NCBI RefSeq assembly: GCF_009914755.1
Contig: NC_060936.1
DNA length: 64,000 nucleotides
Reading direction: 5' to 3' (one strand)
Source of the DNA: the human T2T-CHM13v2.0 reference genome, Homo sapiens
Shown: positions 40,589-53,684 of the stretch, piece after piece
Position numbering within the stretch: position 1 is the stretch's first letter
Layout: each line of letters begins with the position of its first letter
The notes under the pieces: generated by a model
Seen by the model: the letters and a program-made list of their open reading frames with translations, nothing else
What the model was told of the DNA's origin: nothing
The model's database searches: none
Translations under genes and position numbers: made by a program

Positions 40589-42699
40589 TGCACAAATGTG
40601 TGTATGAACCATAGGCAAACACAAGATTTCCATGAAGTAAATATTTTCAAATGAACAATTATGCCTAGCGTTTTTTATTTGCACCCATATATTTTATGTC
40701 GTATAGAAAGTATGAAAGATAACACAGAGATGAAACTGCAATCACACAGTTAAAAACATGTAATTCTAGTCTGAAAAATTTTCCTCTTGGTCACAGTATA
40801 TTCAAAAATAATACCAAAAAGATTAAAACTATTTTCAAGATGGCCCATTTCCAAGGGATTTTTTTTTTTGAGAATTTTGGGGTTCTTGTCAATTGATCTG
40901 AAATAATTCTAAAGGCCCTCTATATTCCTATTTCTCCTTTCCCTGTTCCAACAGGGTGCTATGTACATAATTATGCAGTATTGCAATTACCCATTCTAAT
41001 ATCGATTTGATGTACTATATTGAAAACTTCATAAGCCTAGAAATATATTTTAATTGTGCTTTTACTCAGTGGTGTATTTATAATAAATGGGTTGCTATAG
41101 TAACATTATTTGATAGCTGGAGCAGATAATTTTTTAACAACCTCCCATTTGACCAAATTATTTTCAGTAATAGTGTAACAAATATATTTTATCTGTAAAC
41201 TAAAATTTGTGCTTACCAACCAAAAATACTACACCTCAAAGTTTGCACTCTACTTTAAGAACAAATACAAATTCCAAGTGGCCCCATAGGATAAGAAGAT
41301 TGTGGCAACTCAAGTTCCGTTTTTCATCTATATAATATGCTACCTTTGTTTGCTTAGAAACAGCTGTTTAAATGAAGGAATATTTATATATTATAAAAGC
41401 TGGACAGTAGTTGCAACACTGGTTTCAAATATTTATACTAACAAGATATTGGGGTAGGTAGAGTACTTTATGACTAATTTTGCTTACAATTGCCAGTATA
41501 TAGCGATAATAAAAAAGAAGACTGACTTTTGGTTGCGTTTATGATTGTCTTCAAATTCTCTATGAACAACACACCCCCTAATTGCCTGCACCTGGGACAG
41601 ACCATTCCTTACACCCTGACCTTGGCACACCTTGTATTGCTTTTATTCCCAGTGTCTAGACTGTGTCTTCTATATCATATAGGCTAAAAAATTTTTTTAT
41701 GAATGGGTTATTAAGAAGTACGCTTATGCTTGTTATTTTATTTTTTCATAGACTTTTGGGAAATACTATTCGGCACAAGAATAACTAGAATATGGCTCTG
41801 GTTCTTGATATGATTGTTCTCTGTTACAACTAAAAGCCACAAAACCACGCGCTTTACTTCTCATAGTTTAAGAATCAAAAGGGCATCTAACACCAAGTGA
41901 GAATCACTTCTTACTGTAGTTTGTACAGCAGGCTTGGGCATCCCCCCAAATATATTTCAAAATGAAAACAAATATGATACTTATATTATACCATTAGTAG
42001 ACTATCCAAAATGCTGTGCACATGGAATACATGTGAATTCCCTTCTGCTTGATTTATGATGCCGGCCACTTGGAAGAGCAAAGAGAGATAAAGGAGGTAA
42101 GAAGCCATCACATTACTATTACCAGACTTAACTAGTATTAGACTTAACCAGTCTAACCAAAATTAAAATAGTTTTTATTCATGTCATTGGAATAGTGAAG
42201 ACTCATAAAAAAATGTATTGCTATCTATATTCTCTTGTTGACTGCAGAAAAAAAATAAAAAAAAACTTTAAGTATTTACTGCCAGATTGGTAACATAATA
42301 TGTTTTACTGCATATTTCTTCATACCTGTTTTATAATATAAAAGCAAAACTGCTATTTTGAGCTTTCCCATGTCAGTTTGAACATTCTCTATTCCTTATA
42401 GTATTTAAGGTTTAAATCAAGAATAAGAAGTGTAGTCCGAAATTTTTCAGGATTTAAGATGATAATGAAAAGTATATTTGGATGCTGTCTATTTTTTTCT
42501 CAGCAGAATACTCTGCCTCAATTTGATTTGTATATCATAGAGTGTATTCAGCAGAAAAAGAGAGGGTTACCAACAGACAGTTAATATTGCAGAATTTTTT
42601 AAATAAACATTAAGGTGGCTGCAATTATTTACTCTTTCAAGCAGCTGTCTTTTAACTAATGTTAATTAAATATTGATTAATAAACACAGCATGTACGTT

Positions 42700-43213
42700 T
42701 CTAGCAGAATCTCTGCAGACAGCTTAAATCATTCCCATTCATTTTTCCAGGGCCCTGGATAGGCATTGGCCTTCCACATTGAGTCTGGGCTTGGCCATGT
42801 GACTAGGTTTGGTCAATGGGATAGTAGCAAATGTGTCACAAGCTAAAAATTGCAAACTTTTTGTGTGTGCATTGACTATTGCTCTCCCTTGCTGCTTTGG
42901 TAAAACTGTCATCATCACTATATCAAGAAGCCCAGGCAAGCATGCTGGCTAATGAGAGATCAAGACCCTGTCATCCCAGACACTTCTGCTGCCGTGATCA
43001 ACAGCCTGCTAACTGCCAGTATACGAGCTACCACCTGACTCCCCAGCTAGACACAGGTACATAACAGAGCGTGGCAGAGACCAGCCAGGCCTGCTTAGAC
43101 CAGAAAAACTGTCTAGCTGACCCACAGAACTGTGGGCTAAATAAAATGATTGTTGTTGTTTTATTTGACTAAGTTTGGAAGTAGTTTGTTCCACAGTAAA
43201 TATAACAAATACA
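42700..43213 (+). mobile_element. MLT1-family MaLR LTR
   Basis: TGAGTCTGGGCTTGGCCATGTGACT..GCTGACCCACAGAACTGTGGGCTAAATAAA..AATACA. Confidence 0.8.
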
Positions 43214-43469
43214 TTTTTAGAAAATTTCCAAACACACAGCCAATACTGCTGGAGCTAGCAATTTCATTCAAAGAGGAATTTGTTTCAAACTTAAGAATAT
43301 TGACTATATAGGCACAAGATGTCTTTGTACAAGCACCTCTAATTGCTGTCCTTTTTCTAGTAAAACTACAGATACCACACCCTTTTTGGCAATATGATGA
43401 ATGCAATGATGGTCAAAAGCTACCAACAGTCTTTGGGAAAATGAGCAGCATGAAACACGGATGTAATAG

Positions 43470-43700
43470 GAAACATCTATTGAATATTTATTAAGTGCTG
43501 GGCATTGAACTAAGTACTTCTCATTCATTATTACCTAATTTATCTTTTTAAATATGTTGTATTTTTAATCTCCATTTTAAAGACAAAAAATATACAGAAT
43601 GACTAACTTATTAGCCCAAGGTTACCCAACTAATAAGTTGATGAATCAGGCTTCAAAAGCATGTTTGACTCAAAAGGCGTTTAAATATTTCTCAATCTGC
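43470..43700 (-). mobile_element. MIR
   Basis: TCTCCATTTTAAAGAC..AACTTATTAGCCCAAGGTTAC. Confidence 0.65.
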
Positions 43701-43927
43701 AAAACATCTCACAGGTGTTACAAAGACTTAAGACTACTAGAGTTTAAAGATACTTTAGAAATATCTAACACTGCTTTTAAAAACGAGGAAGCAATGATCT
43801 AAAGAAAATAAATTCAAGATTTCACAGCAAGAGAGAGGCATAGTGGGAAGAATCTGCATTACAGGAAATTAGAGTCTTTAATTCTAACATGGTTAAGTAT
43901 AATTCCTGGAGAGTGATAGTGGATTGA

Positions 43928-44041
43928 TGGCAGGTGAGGATGGCAAGGATATAGAAACTATCCCATCGAAATTTTTGAGGCTGGCAGGTGAGTGTGGCAA
44001 GGATATAGAAACTATCCCATCGAAATTTTTGAGGCTGGCAG
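43928..44041. repeat. 54-bp tandem duplication
   Basis: TGGCAGGTGAG(GA/TG)TGGCAAGGATATAGAAACTATCCCATCGAAATTTTTGAGGC occurs twice, adjacent. Confidence 0.95.
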
Positions 44042-44819
44042 CTGCCAATTTCCCTGTTAATACGCCAGCATCACATGATTGTTTAGCTATGGAAAGCTCA
44101 AATTTCTTGGTTTTCTAACTTAAGAAATTTTCAAGGAGACAATTACATGAGCAGTTCCCTAAATATAGCAATATACTTTCTCTCATTTCCTTATTTGGGA
44201 TAAAAACACCACTGGTATTTTGACTTGCAAGGCTAAGGCAAATTCAAACAAGATTCTCTTTAATCAATTCAATAAGACCTAGAGCCAGAATTAACTATTT
44301 TTAAAGGAAACACCTGAAAAGACTCTTTTAGTATTCAGGAAAATGAAATGTCAGTAACAATGTTTCGGCACAAGAATGTCTCCTATTAAAGAGTGTATGT
44401 AAGCTGTTCCTTATCTGACTTTCAATCACCTATCCTAGATTTCTGCCTTACCTCTGATTTTGTGTGTCCTTAACTTTTTTTATAATTGCATGGTCCCTAT
44501 TTACACTATTATGTTGGGTAGTATAATTTCATTCAAACAGGTAGAAGAATTGCGTGATTTAGGAATTTCAACATTTAAAATGGAATTTTATTTCTGATCT
44601 TACCCACGACTTATATTATTTTGCATGCTGTGTTGAATATACCACGACTAAGGCATTGCTGGAATCAGAAGGTTACATTGTCTTTGGAACCATAAATATG
44701 TGACAACACCTTATGCTTAGGCACTGGGGAATCAAGTGTTAACCAACCACATTTATTCAGACTTTGGTTTGCTAACCTTATCAATCCCTTTAACAGTGAG
44801 GACTTCCATTATATAAAAT

Positions 44820-45050
44820 AATGTGGCTTGCCCCACCCTGCCCTCTCCATTCTCTATTCCTCCAACTTTGTTCCATTTTTCTCTGTAGTACTATCGCCAT
44901 CAGATATAAAACATACTTATTTAGTTGCTAATTGTTATCTCATGTAAATTCCATGAGGTCAGTGACACTTTCTATCACTGTTTTATCCTCAATGCCCAAA
45001 ATGGTGCCTGACACATAGTAAGTGCTCAACAAATATTATTTGAATGGGTG
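44820..45050 (+). mobile_element. L2 3' end
   Basis: TGGTGCCTGACACATAGTAAGTGCTCAACAAATATT. Confidence 0.75.
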
Positions 45051-46499
45051 CATTAATCCTCTTTCCACCTTTTCTATTTATAGAAAATATTGCAAAATTA
45101 GCCTTTTAAACTTCAGTTTCTGGAATAATCTGTTAAAAGTGTGAACTGTATTCTTCAGCTACCACTGGGTAGTCAAATTATCATCTTCTTATCTCTCGCC
45201 CCTCCACACTTATTTCTGGGGTTTCCCATGATATATGTTATGTGCAGTGTCTACTATATATATTTTCTACTATATGTATCTACTACGTATATGTCTACCA
45301 TATGTATCTTCTATTGTTTTTTCTTTCCTATTTCCTTCCCTTTCCTTCCTTCCTTTTATTTTTCCCTCGCTCCCACCTTTCTTTCTCCTTCCCTCTAGTC
45401 TCCCTCTAATCTCAGCTATTGCCTTTGGTACCCACAGACAAGCTGCTACTACTAGGTGTTGCTATTTCTCCAGGTTCCTGCAATTCTCAGAATGGCCCTA
45501 GGTTCTTAAGACACACAACTTAGGCTTTATCTGGGCTTTTGGATGACTTCTCTACTTGAAGACATCTAGTGCACCAATTCAAATAGAATCCTTGTAGTTT
45601 TGATTGATGTTCTTATCATGTATCTTCAATCTAAGCAAGGGACACAATATAGGCTGACAAACTCCCACTGAATTTTCTCCTAAACTCCTGGGAGACAGTA
45701 GGCAGCAAATGAATATTAGTTTCTGTCCAGAATCTAGAATGGAATTACAGTTTATTATTGTGGATCTAAAAGGGATTTAATTATTATTCATTACAGTTTC
45801 CTAATTTAATGTATGAGAAAACTAACCCATAAGAGGCCAAGAGAGAAGCTTAAAGTCAGTGAGTAGTAGGAACAATGGTAGTTGAGACTAAATAAGGCAA
45901 AGTAAGCATGAAGGGGCAGCGATTTTGAAATATTAATCAATGTATGTCTGCATGTGTGTGTTTCTGTTTCTTGGAGTTTTCTTCTACCCTAGGCTCTTCC
46001 TCTATTTAGACAACACATACGTTCAACAATTATTTGACACAGAAAGGAAATTACATAGCAGAAACAAAAATGGAAAAAATTTATAGCTTTTGTGTTTTAA
46101 AAGCATAAAGTCTAGGCTTGGAAAATGGAAGATGTGTGTTCTTAGGCAAGATGTATGGGGGAATGTGCAAAGAATAAGAGAACAGGTCACCTCTCCTAAA
46201 ACTAGGAAGATATCTTTGGTTACACAAGAAAGTTGAGAGACAGAAGAGAACTGGCCTAAGGGGAGGTCAGTGGGGCCTGAAATGAAGGAATAAGAGCTGG
46301 TGGGACCACACAAACAGGAGGAAAGTGAGTGTCCAGAGATGTAGGAGCACTGTTTGCCCCTCCTACCTTAGCACCTCCATGAGAAGAAATGCTTCCAATT
46401 CTCAATAGACACTAAAAGTGTTTGGGCTCAGAAACCACTTTGTCTGTCCTTTCTATTGACATCTAGATTTAACTGTAGACTTTGACCACTGACCACTAG

Positions 46500-47290
46500 G
46501 AGTTATGGTCATCCTTGATTCTTTTCTTCACCTGAATATCTACATGAAACCTTTTGGCAAACGTATCAGGTCTCTTTCATAAGCTCACCTCCACACCTGT
46601 CTACTTCCCTCCACTTTGTGCTTCAATTACTTTGGTGCAATCCACCCTCATATCTTACCTGGAATCCTATAATAGCCTCCTCACTAGTTTCCCAGTGGCC
46701 TACTTTTTCTTCTGTTCTTCTAAAATCTATGCTTTATGTAGCAGCCACAGTGATTGAAAAAATCAAAATGTAAAGCAGATTACTTCACTGCCTCCCATGG
46801 CTTTTCCTATCCTCACAGTAACATCTAACTGTGGGATCCTGGCTTATCAAGCTCTCTTTAGTCTAGCCCAATTTCCTTATCCCATACTCCCTGTCATCCT
46901 GGACTTTTCGATTCTTCAAAAATTTCAAGCTCTTCACATGTTGGGTGGTTTTTGTCTAACTCTTCCGTCTCAAAATGCACTTTCCTCTAATCTTTCCATA
47001 GCTACTTCCTTTTTATCATTCAGATCTCAGCTCAAATGTTCAGAATGGCCTTTCCTGATCACTAGATTTAAAGTAGTCAGTCATCCTCCATCACACAGTT
47101 CAGTCCTTTATACTGATACATATTATGGTTTATTGTTCGCTTGTGGTCTTTCTTCTTCATTCATGGAGTTGTAAAGTCCATGAGAGCAGATAACCTTTTT
47201 TTTTTTCTTTTTCAGTGCTAAGTCTTCATGCCTGGAATAATGTCTTGTAGACATAGAAGACAGAAGACAGTCAATTTGAGAGTGGATGGT
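46500..47290 (+). mobile_element. L2
   Basis: GTCATCCTTGATTC..AATAGCCTCCTCACTAG..TCATTCAGATCTCAGCTCAAATGT. Confidence 0.8.
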
Positions 47291-47598
47291 GAAGGAATAG
47301 GTGGCTGAATCTTTGCACATTGTTAGGATATCATCTGGCTCATTATTTTCAGTGTCTCTGGACACTGATAAGCACTTTCTAAGAACGCTGCTGGAAGGGT
47401 AGGAGAGGTTTGGAGGGGATCTCCTCTCATTACACCATTCGCCCATACACAGTACACACATGTATTAACTGATATCAGAAGAAAGCAGCTGAAGATCTGC
47501 TTCCAGATGTCTCAGTGGGGAAACACAGTCCCAATGCAGAATAAAAACCCCATTGAGCATAGGTACAGCCCAATAAATGGTAGTTACTTTTCCCCCCA

Positions 47599-48236
47599 AA
47601 GACTTTTTTTTAAAATCAGTTGTAGGGTCACAAGAAATGAGCAGGAAGTATAGAGTTTCCATATACCCCTTCCCCTGCCAACCTCCTCCACTACCAACAT
47701 CCTCATTAGAGAGGTACATTTGTTACAACTGACGAACCTACATTGACACATCATTACCACCCAAAGTCCATAGTTTACATTACAGCTCACTCTTAGGGTT
47801 GTACATTCTATGGGTTTGGACAAATATATGACTACATGTATCCACCATTGCAGTATCACACAGGATAGTTTCACTGCCCTAAAAATCTCCCTTGCTCCAC
47901 TTTTTTTGCCTTTCCTCCTAACCTCAGGTAACCACTGATCCTTTTACTATCTCCACAGTTTTGCCTTTCCCAGAATGTCATATAGTTGGAATCATACAGT
48001 ATGTAGACATTTTCAGATTGGCTTCTTTCATTTAGCAATAATGCATTGAAGTTTCTTCCTTGTCTTTTCATGGCTTTATAAAGTTATAGAGTTATAACTC
48101 ATTTATTTTTAGTACTGAATAACAGCTCCTTGTTTTGATGTACCACAGTTTATGTATCCATTCCTCTTCTGAAGGACATCTTGCTTGCTTCCAGCAATTA
48201 TAAATAAACATCCATATGCAGGTTTTTATGTGTATA
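47599..48236 (-). mobile_element. L1MC1-like 3' end
   Basis: GGTACATTTGTTACAACTGACGAACCTACATTGACACATCATT..TTTCCCAGAATGTCATATAGTTGGAATC. Confidence 0.88.
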
Positions 48237-48669
48237 GTTGCCTTTTTAAATTTGTTTTTGAATTATTTGCTTAAACTCAGAGGCAAAAACATATAATCCC
48301 TCACATTTTGGAGTTAGACAACTTCTGCCCAGTGCTGCCAATTATTGGTCATATAATCTCAAGCAATTTATTTTTTCTTTCTTGACTTTGCATGATCAAG
48401 CATCTGCATAAGGAAGAAACTAGAACCATGGTTAAGAAGGTTTTTCTGAAATTAGAAGAAGTAATGCTTAAAAAGTAATGACAGGTGTCATGTATGATCA
48501 CTGGCTAGAACAGTTATAAGAAGTTATCATGAATGATAAAAATTACCACTGAAAATAGTTATCGGTAATGCTAACATTAGCATTGTTATTAATTACTAAT
48601 ATTAAAATTATTATTTTAATGCTAATAGTTGTTACAAGTGATAATAGCTATTAATTGTTATAGTTAACA

Positions 48670-48890
48670 TTAATGATAATATTTGTAAGTCCTTAAGATG
48701 TACTAGTCAACATTCTCAGTGCTGTCCATGTAGTAACTCTTCACTCTTACTGTAAGTGGTTGGTTCTATGTATTATACAGGTGAGGAAATTAAGACCCAA
48801 AGAGTCTAAGTAACTTCTCTAAAGTTCTAAAACTAGTAATTTGCCAGAGCTGGAATTTGAATCTGCCTCTAAAATCTGTGCTTTTAGTAG
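48670..48890 (-). mobile_element. MIR
   Basis: TACAGGTGAGGAAATTAAGACCCA..AGAGCTGGAATTTGAATC. Confidence 0.75.
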
Positions 48891-50048
48891 AGAATATAAT
48901 TCATAATAAATATTAAATTAGTTTTAAACCCTATTGTATCATTTACTTATTTATTTATTCCTTTGGACATTTTTAAGTGTATGTATAACCTTTTTATATA
49001 GCTTTTGTCATATTTAGTACCAGGAAATATCTTTTTAATATCACAACAAAATATCAAGTATAAAATGGCAGTGTCTATTTGAAGTCTTTAGTTACTTAAA
49101 ACTAGAAAGAAGTAAGGCTTTTTTGGGGGAGTGGGGAGTAGCTTAAATCTAAACCCTTGATAATCATGTGAGCAATGTAAGCTACATAAGTAGCTAGGCT
49201 CCCTCAGTTCTGCCATCCAAGAACAAAGCTCAATGTCACTGGCAATTGTAAAACTGCCATTTTCATTTTAGGGTATAATTTTTGATCTGTGCATTGGTAT
49301 CTTCTAAATCTGAGAATCCCAACGATCACAGAAGTGAGAGAAGTTAAGCTGCAGCTGCAATATCTCACCAAATTAATTCTCTTTCACAGATTTAGACTCA
49401 GTGGCCTCTGTTAAGAGCATGTTGTGTCCGGTATTTGTCTCATTATTTTCAAATTGTGCTTTAGAAAATGCATCTGGGCATTTTGTGGCTCCTCACGAAG
49501 GGAAAAGATATAATTTGCTGGGCTGATGTGACACAGTGGGAAGATGGACCACATTCTCTACCAATTTCAAAGGATGATGGCAATAAAGCTTTTTATGAGC
49601 TTTAGCTATCCTGCACTGCAATGATCAGCTTCCGTCCTAGTAAAGAATATTGTTACACATGGTTCTAATAAAAAATAAAGCTACAGGCAGTTCAAGGTCG
49701 GAGTGGAGATGGGGTTTACAGAAGAGAAGAGAGACATCTTTCTGAATTTCATAACATTTAAAATATAAAACCCTAGAAATTAGAAAACCAAGAGCCTTTT
49801 CTTATTCTTTATTCAATAGAGTAATCAGGCATACAGACATTTAATGTACCTCCAGATTTTGGCTGATTTTCCAGGATATGCTGGCTTCAAATAGTCAAAT
49901 ATTCTTTCTAGTTGTCTCCATCCATTTTAACCACATGTTGATTTTTTGTTCCAAAAATATGCTGTATACCTCGTACGCACAGTTAAAAAAGATTAAGATG
50001 TATTTGGTTTATAATCATCACTATTTTGTATCTAACAGAAGATCAAGC

Positions 50049-50074
50049 ATATATATATATATATATATATATAT
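50049..50074. repeat. (AT)13 microsatellite
   Basis: GC(AT)13GC, a perfect palindrome. Confidence 0.9.
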
Positions 50075-51077
50075 GCCCATCTTTATAATGTGAAACTGAA
50101 GACTCAGAATGTGAATAGTATTTGCCTTCTTGAATATGGTTCTTTGAAAATACAGACAGGCCTCAAAGACACTGGACAGTGGGAGGGATAAAGCTATTTC
50201 AGTCTGCAACACATTGGAAGAAGTAAAAATATGATTCTTAAATTATGCATTATTTCTTTTAATGCAGTGAAAGATAACATGTGGTACGCAGAAATTAACA
50301 AAACAGGAAAGAAAACGGCATTTTACATGATGATTATTCCTTTACAAATATGGAAAATATTTTTCAACATTTGAGACACATGAAAATATACTTTATCTCT
50401 AAGGAAATTTTTGTGTAGTTACCTATCTTTTGGTTTTCAGACATTAGTGTGCTAATAACAACTTGAGATGTTGGTTTAAAATGTAGATTTCTGAGTTTGG
50501 TTCTAGGATATCTGACCTGCTAGGTCTGGGGAAGGGCCTTAGGATCGTGCCTTTTTAGCAAGTACCCTTGACCCTGCTTAGGGAAATACTACCCATATCT
50601 ATATTTTCCACCTGTGGAAAGAAATCTCACTGTCACAGAACACCCATTGTGTGTCACTTTTACAAATGATCTGTATTTTTACTCTTTACGCCAGTCTTTT
50701 GAGTTAAGTATTATTACACACATTTTATTGACAAGCTAATTGAGGTGGAAGGAAGATGTTTCTCATGATTACAACTTACAACAATTACAGAGTGGACTTC
50801 AAGTTCAAACAGAGTTTGATGAGTCCAAAGACCCTGATCTTTCCTATGTACTATCTATCATGATAAAGACACATTTAAAATCAAAACTAAAATTAAAGCT
50901 TTTTTCCTACTTTGGAGAGAAAAACATTAAAGAATAAAACAAAATGTGAAGAGAATTACAATATTTTTAAAGATTTCTTCTAAATTCTCATCAGAAAATC
51001 ACAAACCATTGCAAGGAAAAGATTAAGCATTACATTAAGAGAGTAGTTTAAAATGAGAAAACAAATTACATTTTCTG

Positions 51078-51130
51078 TAAGTTGGTGCAGAAGTAATTGC
51101 AGTTTTTGCCATTAGTTTTAACGGCAAAAG
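51078..51130. mobile_element. Truncated MADE1
   Basis: TAAGTTGGTGCAGAAGTAATTGCAGTTTTTGCCATTAGTTTTAACGGCAAAA. Confidence 0.85.
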
Positions 51131-51164
51131 AAAAGAAGGAAAAGAAAACCAGGAAAAGAAGAGT

Positions 51165-51425
51165 AAACTCAATGCCACAACCACTTGGAACTTAATTCTT
51201 CCAATAGCTATATGAAGTTAAAACAGGATCCCAAGCTCCAGAAAATAGCACAGCCCAGCAGATATTTTGATTTCAGCCTGATGAGACACTGAGCAGAGAA
51301 TCTGCCTCAGCCATTGGCTAGACTTCTGACCTGTGAAACCATGAGAGAATATGTCTGAATTGTTTCAAACCTCTATGTCTTCTTTGTAATTTGTAACACA
51401 TGAAATAAAAAAAAAAACTAATACA
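51165..51425 (+). mobile_element. MLT1 LTR 3' part
   Basis: TTGATTTCAGCCTGATGAGACACTGAGCAGAGAA..GACTTCTGACCT..AATACA. Confidence 0.75.
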
Positions 51426-52030
51426 AGTACCTACTATATGCCAATGCTAATATAAGCACAAGAGCACAGCAATGAATGTGATAGACCAAAATCTTTGCTG
51501 TAGTGGACCTAAGATTGTAATGGAGTGAAGGTAACAATACAATTGTGAGACAGAATAAAGGTATACATAGGTATTCAAGAGTGGCAAGAAGTGCTACAAA
51601 GAAAGTAAAACAGGATGAGCTGGATATTGGCTTGGTGGGGACTGGGAACTTTATCACAATAAGAGCAGGAGGAGGCCAAGAAGTGGAAAGGAAGAGGAAG
51701 GTGGAAATTTTGTAACTAGTTAGAAAGCCAAAAAAATCGACCTGATGTTTTTAATAAATTAGTAGAACAGAGGAAATTGAACTTTAAAGCTTTAGCCAAA
51801 GTGATCAGAGAACAACTGTCTGAAGAGATAAGAGATGTACCAAGGACAAAATGATGAAAAGAAAGCAGCACATAAAGACTGGAGTTTGGATCTTATTATA
51901 AACCCTTTGAAGAGTTGTAGACTGGAGGAACGGTGTTTATCTGAGTTACACTTTGAAACGATGTCTCAGTGGAGAATGAATTGAAGGGGTCAGGTGTCAG
52001 GGGCAAGTGTGGAATCATCCAAGTGGAATA
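51426..52030 (-). mobile_element. L2 interrupted by a templated insertion
   Basis: AGTACCTACTATATGCCA..AAGTGCTACAAAGAAA; resumes GCCAAAGTGATCAGAGAA..GGAGTTTGGATCTTAT. Confidence 0.65.
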
Positions 52031-52368
52031 CTGTTCATTGCAAAGATTTTGCCATCACTCAGAAAAGATCGCAAAGGATTAGATTGAAGAGATAATCACC
52101 AGGCTTGGAAGAGGGATTCCACCTAATGTTGTCATAAATCACATATCATAGACTCTTTCTTTCATAATTTATAGTACAGAAATTTTTCTGTAGGGTATTT
52201 CCAAATCCAAATAATGCAGAATTTTATCACAGTAACAGCAGGAGGAGGGCAAGATGGGGAAAGGAAGAGGAAGGTGGAAATTTCGGTAACTGGTTAGAAA
52301 GCCAAAAAAATTGACCTGATGTTTTTAATAAATTAGTAGATCACAGGAAATTGGGCTTTAAAGTTTTA
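51650..52368 (+). repeat. Dispersed ~145-bp direct repeat pair (51650-51794 and 52223-52368)
   Basis: Both copies share AGCAGGAGGAGG..GGAAAGGAAGAGGAAGGTGGAAATTT..GACCTGATGTTTTTAATAAATTAGTAGA. Confidence 0.95.
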
Positions 52369-53427
52369 CGTGCTTAAAATATTTCTAAAGATTATCCAAA
52401 GCCACGTTCAAAGCCTGGTAATCATTTTTTTTTTCCTAACGATAGATCACAAGAATTCAGTTAACGTTTTTTGTTTTGCCAAGGACATAAATGTTGAAAC
52501 TATACTGTGAATCCTGCTTAGTTCAAAATTAACTTATTACAATCAGTATAAGTGTTAGACTCTAACAATTGGGGGCTCATTAACATATATTCTTCTTTAT
52601 TACATGGACAGTGTTCTACAATGAAAAAAATGTAGATATGGCATATATTTAAATGTGAGCATTTTCCTCTACATATCAACCTCTCAGACTAATAGTAAAA
52701 AATAACAATTTGCACAGAAAAGTAAACCTAAGAAATTTTCTTCAGAATTAATTAACTCCAACATGCAAAATTTAATACATGCTTTCAAATAAAATTCCCA
52801 GCTCTAATTAGTCCCACAGAGAGAGAGACAGAGAGATTATAATGGAGTAGAATAAAATTTTCTTCTCTCACTCATTGTTTTCGTCTATCTTTCTATTTTC
52901 ATCCTCTGGGAAAGCTGAATTTAACAATTAGAAAAAAAAATATAATCGCACATTTAGAACACCAGTGATATCATGAACTTTAAAAGAATTTGAGTTTTAC
53001 ACAATCAAATCAACATTCTTAATCTTCCAGCTAGTTAGTCTGCTTTCCATTAGACCACAAATATGGGGATCCCTAATCTTTGAGAGTATTAATGTTACAT
53101 TGGCCATTGACGAGAACTTTTGTTTTTAATGCCTAAGATTCTGACCAGTTTTAGTGAAATTCTTAACAAAGTTAAATTTGCCCTGTTCTGAATTGAAGAT
53201 TAGTTTAGGCAAACGTATTATTCATGGAAAGCAATTTTTGTATTAAGATAGTAGGCATTGACTAAAATGACTAAATTCCCTTTACTCCTTCCAGAAGGAA
53301 TTGTCTTATCTCCATATTTAATTGACAACAACAGCGAACAAACAAACAAACAAAAATTATGGCCATATTACTCTTCTCAGGAATAATGGCTGAGTGGCAG
53401 GAGTAGTAATAAGAGTGGTAGTAATAG

Positions 53428-53640
53428 CTTAGGGTTTTTCTCCCTCAGCCCAAATGACATTTTGGGCCAGATACTTCTTTGTTGTGAGAGATGCCTTGTG
53501 CATTGTAGGATATTTAGCAGAATCTATGGCCCATATCCAGTAGATTCCCCCCAAGTTGTGACAATCAAAAATGACTCCAGAAATGAACCAATTTTGCTCC
53601 CCTGGTAAAGCAAAATTAATGCCTCATTGAGAACCACTAG
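53428..53640 (+). mobile_element. MER20 (hAT-Charlie)
   Basis: TGACATTTTGGGCCAGATA..TGTGCATTGTAGGATATTTAGCAG..AGTTGTGACAATCAAAAATG..TTGAGAACCACT. Confidence 0.85.
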
Positions 53641-53684
53641 TCCTAGCTCATATTTGTTCAGAACTGACTATGTCCTAAGTGAAG

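Noticed and set aside
41769-44378. Shared 14-mer TTCGGCACAAGAAT at ~41769 and ~44364
   Set aside because: Some 14-mer matches are expected by chance among all position pairs in 64 kb, and the flanks do not extend.
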